DNA of 64,000 nucleotides, from contig OY968769.1 in NCBI GenBank assembly GCA_963695345.1, positions 1,408,001-1,472,000 on the forward strand. Direction: 5' to 3'. Source of the stretch: an uncultured Methanomassiliicoccales archaeon (lineage in GTDB: Archaea; Thermoplasmatota; Thermoplasmata; Methanomassiliicoccales; UBA472). The position numbers were made by a program, and so were the translations under genes. This document shows, in pieces, positions 50,754 through 61,316 of the stretch. Position 1 is the stretch's first letter. Each line of letters opens with the position of its first letter. Below the pieces are notes generated by a model. It searched no databases. It had not been told where the DNA came from and saw only the letters and a program-made list of their open reading frames with translations.

Positions 50754-51757
50754 TGCAGCATCCTCCTGACCTTGCCTACCTCGTTTGGTCTTATTACACC
50801 GATCTCGGTGATGATGCCGGTGACATACCGGTTCGGGGTCATGTCAAAGGAGGGGTTCATCGCATTGCAGCCTTTCGGGGCGATGAGGTGGCCATCGATC
50901 ATCGTCACTTCCTCCTCGGAACGGTCCTCTATCGGTATCTGCTCCCCGTTCTCGATGGTGAAATCGAAGGTGGATATCGGCGCCGCGGTGTAGAATGGGA
51001 TGCCGAGCTCCCTGGCCAGCACCGCCTTTTCGTAGGTGCCGATCTTATTGGCGAAATCGCCGTTCGCGGCGATCCGGTCCGCCCCCACAATGATGACGTC
51101 AACTCCCTTGCGCATGAAGTGGCCGGACGCACCGTCGGGAATGATGGAATGCGGTATCCCCTCGTTGAGCAGTTCGTATGCGGTCAGCTTCATGCCCTGG
51201 AGACGGGGCCTGGTCTCCGAGACGTAGACGAACATCTTCTTCCCCTTGTTCCACGCCAGCCGCATCGGTGCCAACGCCGTCCCGTAGTCGACGGTGGCCA
51301 AAGCGCCCGCGTTGCAATGGGTCATGACCCTCGCCCCGTCCTTGATGAGCGGTTCACCGAACTCGCCGATCATCCTGCACTTCTCGACAATGGTGTCCGC
51401 GTATGAACGGGCCGCCTGCTCCGGGTCCTTGCCGGATCGGATCGCCTCCATCATCGTATCGACGGCGAAGAACAGGTCATGCGCCGTCGGCCTGGTCGCC
51501 TTCAGCATTCTTGCCGCGTCTTCCAGCCTCGTTCCGTCCCTGGTCGCCAGCAACATCCCGTAGGCGGCCGCCACCCCGATCGCCGGGGCACCGCGAACGG
51601 TCATGTCCTTGATGCTCGCCGCCACTTCGCTGCACTTCGTGAAACTGACCAGCTTGAACATGTTGGGCAAGAGGCGCTGATCGATCATGATGACCTTGCC
51701 AGCGTCATACCAGAGCGCTCTCATCTCTTGCTGTCGGCCGTCGACGGTGATTTTCAT
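50750..51757 (-). CDS. mtnA: Methylthioribose / 5-deoxyribose-1-phosphate isomerase
   Basis: VRGAPAIG, THCNAGALAT, ETRPRLQG, ANKIGTY and NPSFD motifs. Confidence 0.93.
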   Translation of the reverse strand: MKITVDGRQQEMRALWYDAGKVIMIDQRLLPNMFKLVSFTKCSEVAASIKDMTVRGAPAIGVAAAYGMLLATRDGTRLEDAARMLKATRPTAHDLFFAVDTMMEAIRSGKDPEQAARSYADTIVEKCRMIGEFGEPLIKDGARVMTHCNAGALATVDYGTALAPMRLAWNKGKKMFVYVSETRPRLQGMKLTAYELLNEGIPHSIIPDGASGHFMRKGVDVIIVGADRIAANGDFANKIGTYEKAVLARELGIPFYTAAPISTFDFTIENGEQIPIEDRSEEEVTMIDGHLIAPKGCNAMNPSFDMTPNRYVTGIITEIGVIRPNEVGKVRRMLQ

Positions 51758-51918
51758 GGTCCTCTGCTCAGTCAGAGGATAGGAGTTTAAAAAATGTAAT
51801 GTCCCGGACCTCCCTAGGAATCAGGGGAATATCATCGATTCCTGAACCAACGATTCTTCGTTAATCTCAATAACATTTAATAGTGCGCCATGCCAATTTG
51901 ATAGCTCGGGTTGAACTG

Positions 51919-52665
51919 ATGCCAAAGAAGGGAACGGACTTCGATGTTTATTCTACCAGCAGTGGTTTGAGACAGATATCGAATCCTGTCAGGCAGAAGA
52001 TCCTGAGCGAACTTCAGCGAAGGGACCTTAGCCTGAGCGAGATCGCGGTATTGACCGGAAAAGCCCAGTCCACCCTGTCGGTGCACCTGGAGAAAATGGT
52101 CCAGGAAGGTCTGATCGGATTCCGAGACGACCCGCTGGACAACCGCAGGAAGATATTCTACATCATCTCCAAGCCGATCGGTTCGTCGGTGGTACCCCGG
52201 GATGAGCTGAAGAAGGCGATCAGCACCACCATCTCCGGGTCGCTGGGCTCTCCCAGCGCTTTCTTGAAGGGGACCATCCGTTCGATCGTGATCGGGATGG
52301 AGGCCATCGGGTTCAACATGGACCCGGTCCTCAAGGACATCGGAAAGCAGATCGGCACGGAACTGGCAAAGCAGTTCAAGACCTCCAAGGTGGAGGACCT
52401 GATCACCGAGGTCAAGCAGTTCTACGGGGCCCACGAGTTGGGCGAGCTGGTCGTGTATTCGCTGCATCCGGTCACGCTGATCATCCGGGATGAGTACGAC
52501 TGCTCCAAGAATCCCGACGTGGGCAAAACGCTGTGCCTGCTCAACGAAGGCATCCTGGAGGCCATATTCGAGGCCAAGCTGGGAATACCTCTGCAGGTGG
52601 TGGAGAAGGACACTTTCGGAAGCGGCTTCAACATGTGCAAGTACGTCATTGAGCCGTCGTTGTGA
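51919..52665 (+). CDS. ArsR-type wHTH plus V4R-domain transcriptional regulator
   Basis: KAQSTLSVHL HTH; C-terminal V4R pattern (DC...C..NEG.....G.N.C). Confidence 0.85.
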   Translation: MPKKGTDFDVYSTSSGLRQISNPVRQKILSELQRRDLSLSEIAVLTGKAQSTLSVHLEKMVQEGLIGFRDDPLDNRRKIFYIISKPIGSSVVPRDELKKAISTTISGSLGSPSAFLKGTIRSIVIGMEAIGFNMDPVLKDIGKQIGTELAKQFKTSKVEDLITEVKQFYGAHELGELVVYSLHPVTLIIRDEYDCSKNPDVGKTLCLLNEGILEAIFEAKLGIPLQVVEKDTFGSGFNMCKYVIEPSL

Positions 52666-53737
52666 CGGCCGGGACCACCGGGGGTGCCGGCGAAGGCTCC
52701 TGCTGGGTCATGCAGTGGATGCCACCATACCCGTATACCAGGTTGACGGCGTTGATAGGCACGATGGCGCGCTTCGGAAAGCACGACTTAAGGATGGCTA
52801 TTGCCTCCTTGTCATGGCTGTCGTTGAACACCGGAAGCAGGACGGCGCTGTTCCCTATGTAGAAGTTGGCGTAGCTGGCCGGAAGCCACCTCTGCTCCTC
52901 CTCGAGCCACAGCGGCCTCGGCAGCGGCAGCTTCTCCACCTCCAGTTTGCGGCCCGCCTGGTCCCGGGCGGATTTCAGGATGTCCAGGTTCTTGCGCAGG
53001 ATTTCCTCGTTGGTTCCCTTCTTGTATGTGGTGAACGCGCAGAGCACGTGGTTGGGCGATACGAAGCGGGCGAAATCGTCGACATGGCCATCGGTGTCGT
53101 CCCCGTCGATCCCCGATTTCAGCCAGATCATGTTCTTGGTGCCGAGGTATTGGTTCACCAGGTCCTCGATCTGCTGCTTGGTCATCTTCGGGTTGCGGTT
53201 CTTATTGAGCAGGCACTGCTCGGTGGTCAGCACCGTGCCCATGCCGTTGACCTCGATCGAGCCGCCCTCCAGAATGATGTTCGGTCGGAAGACCGGGCAG
53301 CCGGCCGCCTTGACAACCTCATCGCCGGTCCTATCGTCCGCCATAAGGTCATCGTACTTGCCTCCCCAGGCATTGAAATGCCACTTGACCGCCGACCGCT
53401 GGCCGCTCATCTTGTGCAATAGGAAGGTGGGTCCATAGTCTCGGATCCAGACGTCCGCGCTGGGGATGCGGTGGATCTTGACCCGGCGCATCACGGCCCC
53501 GGCCTTCTCCACCTTCTCGATGACCTTCCTCTCCATCGCCTCGTCGTCCACCAGGATCTTGACTATCTCCCCCTCCGTCAGCGCCTTGATCATCTGGCAA
53601 TAGGTGTCCTCGATGGAACCGATGATGTCCGAGGGAAAGGTGAGCGGGTTCTTGGGCCACGATATCCAGGTGGCTTCGTGCTTGGCCCATTCCGCTGGCA
53701 TGGCATATCCTGCTGCTCTTGGCATCTGTTCGCTCAT
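52646..53737 (-). CDS. aguA: Agmatine deiminase
   Basis: MPAEW, WIRDYGP, FNAWGGK, LEGGS, DTDGHVD and GGIHCMTQQ motifs. Confidence 0.94.
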   Translation of the reverse strand: MSEQMPRAAGYAMPAEWAKHEATWISWPKNPLTFPSDIIGSIEDTYCQMIKALTEGEIVKILVDDEAMERKVIEKVEKAGAVMRRVKIHRIPSADVWIRDYGPTFLLHKMSGQRSAVKWHFNAWGGKYDDLMADDRTGDEVVKAAGCPVFRPNIILEGGSIEVNGMGTVLTTEQCLLNKNRNPKMTKQQIEDLVNQYLGTKNMIWLKSGIDGDDTDGHVDDFARFVSPNHVLCAFTTYKKGTNEEILRKNLDILKSARDQAGRKLEVEKLPLPRPLWLEEEQRWLPASYANFYIGNSAVLLPVFNDSHDKEAIAILKSCFPKRAIVPINAVNLVYGYGGIHCMTQQEPSPAPPVVPAVTTTAQ

Positions 53738-54627
53738 ATTGAACCGCTCCTTGGTCGGGTCTCCGATCCCTCTGTGATCCTGCAGTATTGGTCCGGCCGG
53801 CGGTTCTGGAAGAAACGCCAGCCTTCCTTGATGTTCCGACCGTGTTCCAGGTCTATGGTGGCCGTGACCACCTCTTCCCCGGCGCCGGCCCTCACCAGCG
53901 TCCTTCCGAAGGCGTCACACACGAACGAACCGCCCCAGAAGTCCATCTGGTCCTCGTTACCTGCCCTGTTAACCGCCGCCACCACCATGCCGTTCGCGAT
54001 GGCATGACCGCGCATCACGTTCTCCCAGGCCTGCTGCCAGTCCCCTTCGGCCTGCTCGACCCCTCGGACCGTTCCTATGGCGGTCGGATAGAACACCATG
54101 TCCGCCCCCATGAGCGCGTTGATCCGCGCCGCCTCCGGGAACCATTGATCGTAGCAGATCAGCGTGCCTATCCTGCCCTTCTGTGTGCCATACACCTTGA
54201 ATCCGAGGTCTCCGGGTGTGAAGTAGTGCTGTTCGTAGAAATTCTCATCGTGCGGTATGTGGACCTTGCGATACTTGCCCAGCATGCTCCCTTCCTGATC
54301 GAAGGTGAGGCAGGTGTTGAACAACCCTTCGGGGGCACGCTCGTAGATCGAGCCGCCCACGATGATCACGCGGTTCCTTCTGGCGCACTCCGAGAGGCGC
54401 TGTGCCACGGCTCCCGGGATAATCTCCAGAGGGGTCCCTTCGATCTCCCGCATGTCGGGATTCGGGTATTGGGCGAAATACCTAGAGGTGAAAAGTTCCG
54501 GCAGGCAGACCACTTCGGCCCCCTGACGTTTGGCCTCCCCTATCATCTCCAAGGCGCGGTCCAAGTTCTTTGATGGTTCAGGACGCATCTCCATCTGGAC
54601 CAGGCCTAGTGTGACGGTTTCCCTCAT
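53734..54627 (-). CDS. aguB: N-carbamoylputrescine amidase (nitrilase family)
   Basis: LPELF, YRKVHIP, ICYDQWFPE and YPTAIG motifs; overlaps aguA. Confidence 0.92.
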   Translation of the reverse strand: MRETVTLGLVQMEMRPEPSKNLDRALEMIGEAKRQGAEVVCLPELFTSRYFAQYPNPDMREIEGTPLEIIPGAVAQRLSECARRNRVIIVGGSIYERAPEGLFNTCLTFDQEGSMLGKYRKVHIPHDENFYEQHYFTPGDLGFKVYGTQKGRIGTLICYDQWFPEAARINALMGADMVFYPTAIGTVRGVEQAEGDWQQAWENVMRGHAIANGMVVAAVNRAGNEDQMDFWGGSFVCDAFGRTLVRAGAGEEVVTATIDLEHGRNIKEGWRFFQNRRPDQYCRITEGSETRPRSGSI

Positions 54628-54722
54628 TTGTCGTCTCCGATGATAGTCACGATATCGGTGCGTTTATTTATTCTATCTCCGCAGCGGCGGAGCCCGGCTG
54701 AACAGAAGAATTAGAAAAAGGA

Positions 54723-54820
54723 TGGTGGGCTCTCCCAGATTCGAACTGGGGATCTCCTCCGTTCAGATCCCTTTTTGGGGGACTGTCAGGGAGACGTCAT
54801 AACCGCTAGACCAAGAGCCC
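54723..54820 (-). tRNA. tRNA-Val(GAC) with 22-nt intron at 37/38 (54762-54783) and encoded CCA
   Basis: Acceptor GGGCTCT/AGAGCCC, anticodon stem TCTCC/GGAGG, loop CT-GAC-A^C, T-arm CCCAG-TTCGAAT-CTGGG, then ACCA. Confidence 0.93.
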
Positions 54821-54865
54821 GGCTGGATTTCTCCGTAACACCTTCGATACTATATGCCTTTCGCC

Positions 54866-55303
54866 TCAGAAAGCTACAAACCTCAGGAAGAGACCCATCA
54901 AAAGGGGCAAAATCATGAAAACGAACGTCAGCCGCATCAATATGTGCGTCGAGCGTCTGGTCGTCGGGCACCTCCTCAACTCCTTGCCCGCCGAAATGTA
55001 ACTGCCGACCAAGTACAATGACAATGCCAACCCGATCAGGCCCAGTGCGTGATGGAGCAGGACCGCCCAGCCTCTGGCCCCCAGCCCCCCGCCTATCCCT
55101 GGCGCGAGCGAGATGAAAACCGGTACCATCAGAACGACCACGGAGAACAGATTCAGAAGTGTGGCCATGCCCATGATCTTCCAATGGGTGTTAGGCCTCC
55201 GGATCACCAACGATAGGTATACCGCCGCCACTAGCAGCGCCAGGACCACGAGCTCGGTGGCCGTCCCCAGGTAGTTCAATAGGTCAGTGGTGGCGATTGA
55301 CAA
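54866..55303 (-). CDS. Four-TM membrane protein with His residues (DUF420/cytochrome b-like)
   Basis: Four hydrophobic helices; H..IM and HH.LG motifs. Confidence 0.7.
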   Translation of the reverse strand: MSIATTDLLNYLGTATELVVLALLVAAVYLSLVIRRPNTHWKIMGMATLLNLFSVVVLMVPVFISLAPGIGGGLGARGWAVLLHHALGLIGLALSLYLVGSYISAGKELRRCPTTRRSTHILMRLTFVFMILPLLMGLFLRFVAF

Positions 55304-55445
55304 CGTACTATCAAGGATGCCATCAGTACTAACCTTTTACGTCCCTGGCGGCGTGATGACACGCTTCTTTCCATTGTCGCTGCTCTGTGGGATCTACCAT
55401 GGTTCCCCGTGGCTGGTTGCCGCTCTTGGTATTTGGATAAAAGGT

Positions 55446-55472
55446 AGCCGGGGCCAGCCGCACCGCCCCGGC
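55446..55472 (-). terminator. Stem-loop plus T-tract after the 791-aa gene
   Basis: GCCGGGGC ... GCCCCGGC followed by CCTTTT on the minus strand. Confidence 0.45.
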
Positions 55473-55488
55473 CCGAAAACGTTTCAGG

Positions 55489-57864
55489 TCACGGGAAGGT
55501 GTTCTGCGGCGGGTTGGGTATCCCGAACGCACTGGCCACTGGTTCCGCGTAGGTCACGGTATAGACAGGTGACCAGGACGCCCCCGCATTCCCGAAATCC
55601 CCGGTGTTCGAAGTGCTTTGGGCCGACAGATAGCCCGAGTACGAGGTCTCGCTCCAGAACTCCTGCCCGGTGGCGATGTTCTTGAACGCCAGATATCTGA
55701 CGCTTAGGTGCCACGTTATCGGTTGGGTGGTGTCAGAATCGGAATCCTTGTCCGAATAGTAATGCACCCTGATCTGGTACGTCCCATACAGCGGCTGGCC
55801 CGGACCGACGTTCCCGGTCTGCGGCAGGGTCATGTTCTCCGTCGCGTAGTAATGCTCCGGACCGTATCCGTAGGTGTTGTCCAGGTCAAGGTATGGGTTC
55901 TGGTAGTCGAACGTCGCCCCTTTGTTGAGATAGTATATGTGCCGGCCTGCGGTGCCATTTATGGTCGGTTCCTTGACGTGGAGGTCCACATCACTGTTGT
56001 CCTGGTCCCATGTAAGGGTCACCGTCATCGATGCCGGGTTGGCATACGACCTGATGGTATCCCTGAGGAACCCGGCCCAATTGGAGAATGTGTCGGTGTC
56101 GGTCGCCAGGATGACCACGTCATTGTCGCCCTGCATCAACGGGACCGTTCTGGAGAACGATCCGTCGGAATCCACCGGAGCCTCGAACTTTTGGCCGCTC
56201 ACGAAGATCAAGGTCGAGGAAACCGCTGACTGGCCTCCAGTGATCGTCCCCGAGACGGTGGCCATGCTCTGGGTGGTGTCCCTGACGCCATCGCTCCCGG
56301 TGTCGACCGGGGTCGTCCCTCCGTTGCTCGGATCGGTCAGTTCCACCGTGGGGAAGATGGAACTTCCCGTGAATTTGAGCTCTGCCATGTCATAGATCCC
56401 TTTGAAGGCGTTGTTGGGGCTGAACACCTTCGCGCCAGCGTGGTAGAAGATGTTGAACTTCAGCGAATCGACCGCGGTGAGGCCCGATTCGAACACTCTG
56501 CTGAAACCGCCGCTGTACGAGTACGGCATCTGCTGGCGGTCGTCGTCCACGGACGTGCTTGGCACATTCGGGTCGTATATGTTGAAGTGGCCGTTGGCAT
56601 AGCGGTAGGCAAGAACCGCATGGCCTCCGTCAGCCCAGGTGCCGTTGTTGTACAAGGTCTTCAGTCCGACGAGCTGAGGCTCGCCCGAGACGAGCAGGCC
56701 ATGCATGATGCTGAGGCCGACCTCTTTGCTGGAAAGGTTCTGCTTCTCCTCCTGGGTAAGCGATGACCAGATGCCGGAGAGTCCGGCCTGGGCCCTGGTG
56801 GCCAGCTGGATGGCGGTCGCGTCGTCCCTCCATTCGTTGGCGTTGCCTTCGATGTACTTGGAATGCAGACCATTGCCGTCGAGCGCCTTCTCCTGGGCGA
56901 AATACCATTTCGCGTACGATGTCATTCCCAGGCATACCCCGCCGTTTTCCAGATAGGAACCATAGTTGGGTATGAACCAGCCATCGTTGGCCGGACGGAA
57001 GCCGGTATCCACTGTGACACTGGAGTTGCGGTTCTCGAAATAGGACATGACGACCTCGATGGCCACGAACTTGGAGAAGGTGCTGGCCTCGAAGGTGATG
57101 GTGTTGTTCGCAGTGCTCTGTCCGTCATATCCGGCCGACTCGAGCGTGTGATTGACGTCATCATAGTGGTAGAAGCGGACCGCCTTCTCGTCGGTGACCA
57201 GGGTCTGATCGTAGGGAAGGGTGACCTTGACCAGGCTGTCGAAGAGTTTGAAATGGTTCCATGTGCTGGAACCAGATGTGGCGATCTGGATGATCTTGCT
57301 GACTATGCTGGTCCCGGCAGGGAGGCCGGACACCGAGTTTACATCGGCATACTTTATGTCAAAGTTGATGTTCTCTGGCGCAGCACCGTTTGGCACTTCG
57401 ATCTTCAAGCCTTTCAGGGGGCTGCTGGACGAGCTCACGCCGAGGGAACCTCCAGACTGGCCGACGGTGCCGGTAGCGGCGCTGGTGAACGAAGATGTGG
57501 TCAGGACCCGTGGAGTCGTGTCACGGCTCACGTTATCTTCAGCCGCCTTCTTGGGCAGCACCAGAACGAAGAGCGCCCCGGCGATGATCAGCGCGGCCAC
57601 GACCGCTATGACCGCCACAACCAGGAGCTTCCTTCTCTTCCTGGGCTTAGGTGGTTGGTACTGCGGATATGGCTGATACTGCGGGTTCGGTGGGTATTGC
57701 TGGTACGGTTGATTCTGATATCCGTTCTGGGGCGGGTATTGTTGGGGATACTGCGGGGGCGGTGCCTGATACTGTTGGGGCGTTTGCTGACCTTGCGGGG
57801 GGTTACGATTTGGATCGTACTGGCCGTTGCTCAAGAAATCACTCTGGTTTGAAATCTGTCGCAT
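55489..57864 (-). CDS. Membrane-anchored surface protein: PQY-rich tail, TM, papain-like domain, Ig-like domain, YfaP/DUF2135-like domain
   Basis: QQYPP repeats; KRRK followed by a TM helix; GVCLGM / GHAV / YDPN; LTWD..SDVDLHV.EP and DNTYGYGPE. Confidence 0.82.
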   Translation of the reverse strand: MRQISNQSDFLSNGQYDPNRNPPQGQQTPQQYQAPPPQYPQQYPPQNGYQNQPYQQYPPNPQYQPYPQYQPPKPRKRRKLLVVAVIAVVAALIIAGALFVLVLPKKAAEDNVSRDTTPRVLTTSSFTSAATGTVGQSGGSLGVSSSSSPLKGLKIEVPNGAAPENINFDIKYADVNSVSGLPAGTSIVSKIIQIATSGSSTWNHFKLFDSLVKVTLPYDQTLVTDEKAVRFYHYDDVNHTLESAGYDGQSTANNTITFEASTFSKFVAIEVVMSYFENRNSSVTVDTGFRPANDGWFIPNYGSYLENGGVCLGMTSYAKWYFAQEKALDGNGLHSKYIEGNANEWRDDATAIQLATRAQAGLSGIWSSLTQEEKQNLSSKEVGLSIMHGLLVSGEPQLVGLKTLYNNGTWADGGHAVLAYRYANGHFNIYDPNVPSTSVDDDRQQMPYSYSGGFSRVFESGLTAVDSLKFNIFYHAGAKVFSPNNAFKGIYDMAELKFTGSSIFPTVELTDPSNGGTTPVDTGSDGVRDTTQSMATVSGTITGGQSAVSSTLIFVSGQKFEAPVDSDGSFSRTVPLMQGDNDVVILATDTDTFSNWAGFLRDTIRSYANPASMTVTLTWDQDNSDVDLHVKEPTINGTAGRHIYYLNKGATFDYQNPYLDLDNTYGYGPEHYYATENMTLPQTGNVGPGQPLYGTYQIRVHYYSDKDSDSDTTQPITWHLSVRYLAFKNIATGQEFWSETSYSGYLSAQSTSNTGDFGNAGASWSPVYTVTYAEPVASAFGIPNPPQNTFP

Positions 57865-58130
57865 CCCAATTTAAATGAGCAGTCTCCTCTACGCTTTTCC
57901 GTAATTATGCGGCAATATCCTCTCACGAGTTAGATGGGCGTAACCCACCTCTCAGATAACCCTGCCCTCAATGTTGGACACTGCGATGCTTCGGGAAACG
58001 TCGCCTAACCGATTCGCGTCATGTCAATTCCAGGCCGATAAAAAATCGAAGTGGCAAGTGAGTCTCGTTACATCGCATGGTAGGCTCAGATGCTTTTATT
58101 AGGGGAAGGCTTATGCGGAATGAGATAGCG

Positions 58131-58370
58131 ATGACTGAGATACTTCTCTTCACCAAGCCCGGCTGTCAGAAGTGCGATTACGTCAAGGCCAGGATACCGG
58201 ACGGATTGGCGGTCGAGGTCGTCGATACGTCGCAGGCAGAAGGCCTGGCAGAGGCCGCGTACTACGAACTTCTGAACAAGCCAACACCGGTCCTTGTTGT
58301 CGATGACGAGGTCGTCGAGGGTTCTATCAACATAATGAACAAGTTGAAGATCCTGGCCGACCAAAGCTAA
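58131..58370 (+). CDS. Glutaredoxin/NrdH-like thioredoxin-fold protein
   Basis: FTKPGCQKC and cis-Pro motif TPVLVV. Confidence 0.83.
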   Translation: MTEILLFTKPGCQKCDYVKARIPDGLAVEVVDTSQAEGLAEAAYYELLNKPTPVLVVDDEVVEGSINIMNKLKILADQS

Positions 58371-58404
58371 AGTTGATATCCCAATCCGTTTCTTTCGTGC
58401 CTAG

Positions 58405-59385
<981 letters not shown>

Positions 59386-59389
<4 letters not shown>

Positions 59390-60760
59390 GGGACGCTTTG
59401 GTTGCCCTTTCTGCCTTTGGCCCGCTGTTCGCCGATGATCTTGTCCACCATCGCGATGAACTCGTCCTCCCTTCCCGCCGGGATCTTGCCCCCGCTGGCG
59501 ACATTGTGCCCTCCGCCTACTCCGCCGACGGCACCGGCCGCTGTCCGCAGCGCGTAGGAGAGATCGACCCCGTTCTCGATCATCTTCTTGTTCGCCCGGG
59601 AGGATATCTTCACGTCGCTGTTCTTCTGAGAAAGGGCGATCGTCGGCTTATCCCGGTCGCCTATCCACTGCATTACGATCCCGCAGAGGTCGCTGGAGAC
59701 GTCCGGGACCGGTGAGAAGAAGTATTGCAGGTTGTCCAACTGTTTCAGCCCTTTGAACTGGACCGCCAGGACCGCTTCCAGGACCGTCTTACGGTAATCC
59801 TGCCTGAGCTTCTCGGCCCTCTCCCAGGACTTGGTGTCCCCGAGTACCAGGGCAGCCCCCGTCCCGGTCAGGTCGGAACGCCCGCAGGCATTCATGAGAT
59901 TGGATAGTTCATGGCCATAGAGTCTTCCGCTCTGAGAAGTAGTACTTCTCCGAGGAGGCTTCCTCCAGGTTGTCCAGGGTCGCTCCCTGGGCCAGCAGCC
60001 TGAGGGTTACGAGGGAGGAGAGCTTCATCTCCTGAGCCTCGTCCAGTGACTCCAGGGACATGCTGTCCAGTATGCCGGCCTCGGTCAGAAGACGGCTGAC
60101 GCCATCCGGATCGCCGCTGACGCCGGTTATGAAAGGGTCCGTGCTGTTGAAGAGGGATTCCTTCAGCGGTCCCGCGGGGGATCAGGGAGCCTTTTCTTAC
60201 CTCCAGTATGCCCCTTTCCTGACCCAGCTGTCCCAGGTATTTGTTCAGGCCCAGTAGCCCCCTTATCGTCTGCCGGTCGCCGACGATGCCGCCGAAAGCG
60301 ATCGGCAGCAGGTCCCAGTTCTTCTCCGAGACGGTGACGGAAAGCGTCATGGCCACCGACGCCGCGCAGGCGCTGGTGGCACCGTCGATGCCGAAGAGAT
60401 GGGGGTTGACATGGATCACCTTGGTGGAATCACGTTCCGGTTTATGGTGGTCCAGGACGACTGACCTTGATCGGCAGGGAATCCAGAACGTCCAGGGACG
60501 AGCTCCCCATGTCCGAGATGATGAGCAGGTCGCATCCCTGCGCGGTGTTCCGGACCACCGCTTCCTCGAACCCCTTCAGCATGGTGCATTGGAAACGCTT
60601 GTTGCTTCCTCAGAAGGGTGGCGCAGACGATGGCCGCGGACGATATGCCGTCGGCATCATTATGAGAAATGACCCGGACCTCGGAGGCCTTTTCAACCTC
60701 CGCGGCCGCGGATTTAAAACGAGATAAGAGGTTTGAAGGAATTTGGACGACTTCGTCCAT
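59386..60760 (-). pseudogene. RecJ-like DHH/DHHA1 phosphoesterase with four +1 frameshifts (probable sequencing errors)
   Basis: Reconstructed motifs HNDADG, SDMGS, LDHH, VGD, NACGR and GGGHNVASG; breaks near 60606, 60462, 60178 and 59923; follows rps15. Confidence 0.85.
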
Positions 60761-60767
60761 TACGCAA

Positions 60768-61226
60768 TCACTCGATCAAGAGCTCAGCGTTCTTCAGACT
60801 GTATAGCCAGTCCTGGGGCAGCAGGTCGTTGCGCTTGTAGTACTTCACAAGCCGCCTGATCTTGGCCTCGATGAGGTGCAGGCCCCTCTCGTTGCTGAGG
60901 TCCTTCTTGTTGTTGTTCATCATGTGCTCGTTCAGGTTGATGGCCTTCTTCATGAGGGCCACCATGTCCTCCGGCAGCTTTGGCGCGAGGTCGTTCTCTT
61001 TCAGGATCTGCAGTATCGTCTTTCCGGTCGCCAGTTTGACGTCCGGTACGGCATACTGGTCCCTGAGGACCATGCCGATCTTCGCGGTAGGCATTCCTTC
61101 CTTACCGTACTTCACGACCATCTGGTAGATCTCGTCCTTCGGAACCGGTACCCACTCGGGGTTCTCGGTGACCATGGGTCTAGCCGATCCGGCCTTGCCT
61201 CTTCTTCTGGCATGCATTCTTGCCAT
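60768..61226 (-). CDS. rps15: 30S ribosomal protein S15 (uS15)
   Basis: MARMHARRRG, IGMVLRDQY, PED and EAKIRRLVKYYK motifs. Confidence 0.96.
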   Translation of the reverse strand: MARMHARRRGKAGSARPMVTENPEWVPVPKDEIYQMVVKYGKEGMPTAKIGMVLRDQYAVPDVKLATGKTILQILKENDLAPKLPEDMVALMKKAINLNEHMMNNNKKDLSNERGLHLIEAKIRRLVKYYKRNDLLPQDWLYSLKNAELLIE

Positions 61227-61316
61227 AATCATCATCCTCGTTACGTGTAATTCTTAAAGAGTTAGTTTCGAGATTGCTCTCGAGGCGGCGAAGCGGGTTA
61301 GCCAATTCGCACACTA

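Noticed and set aside
57650-57820. Short imperfect DNA repeats
   Set aside because: They are explained by the Pro/Gln/Tyr low-complexity coding region.
52646-57864. Genomic island integrated at tRNA-Val
   Set aside because: No duplicated tRNA end (att site) and no integrase were found, and flanking codon usage is host-like.
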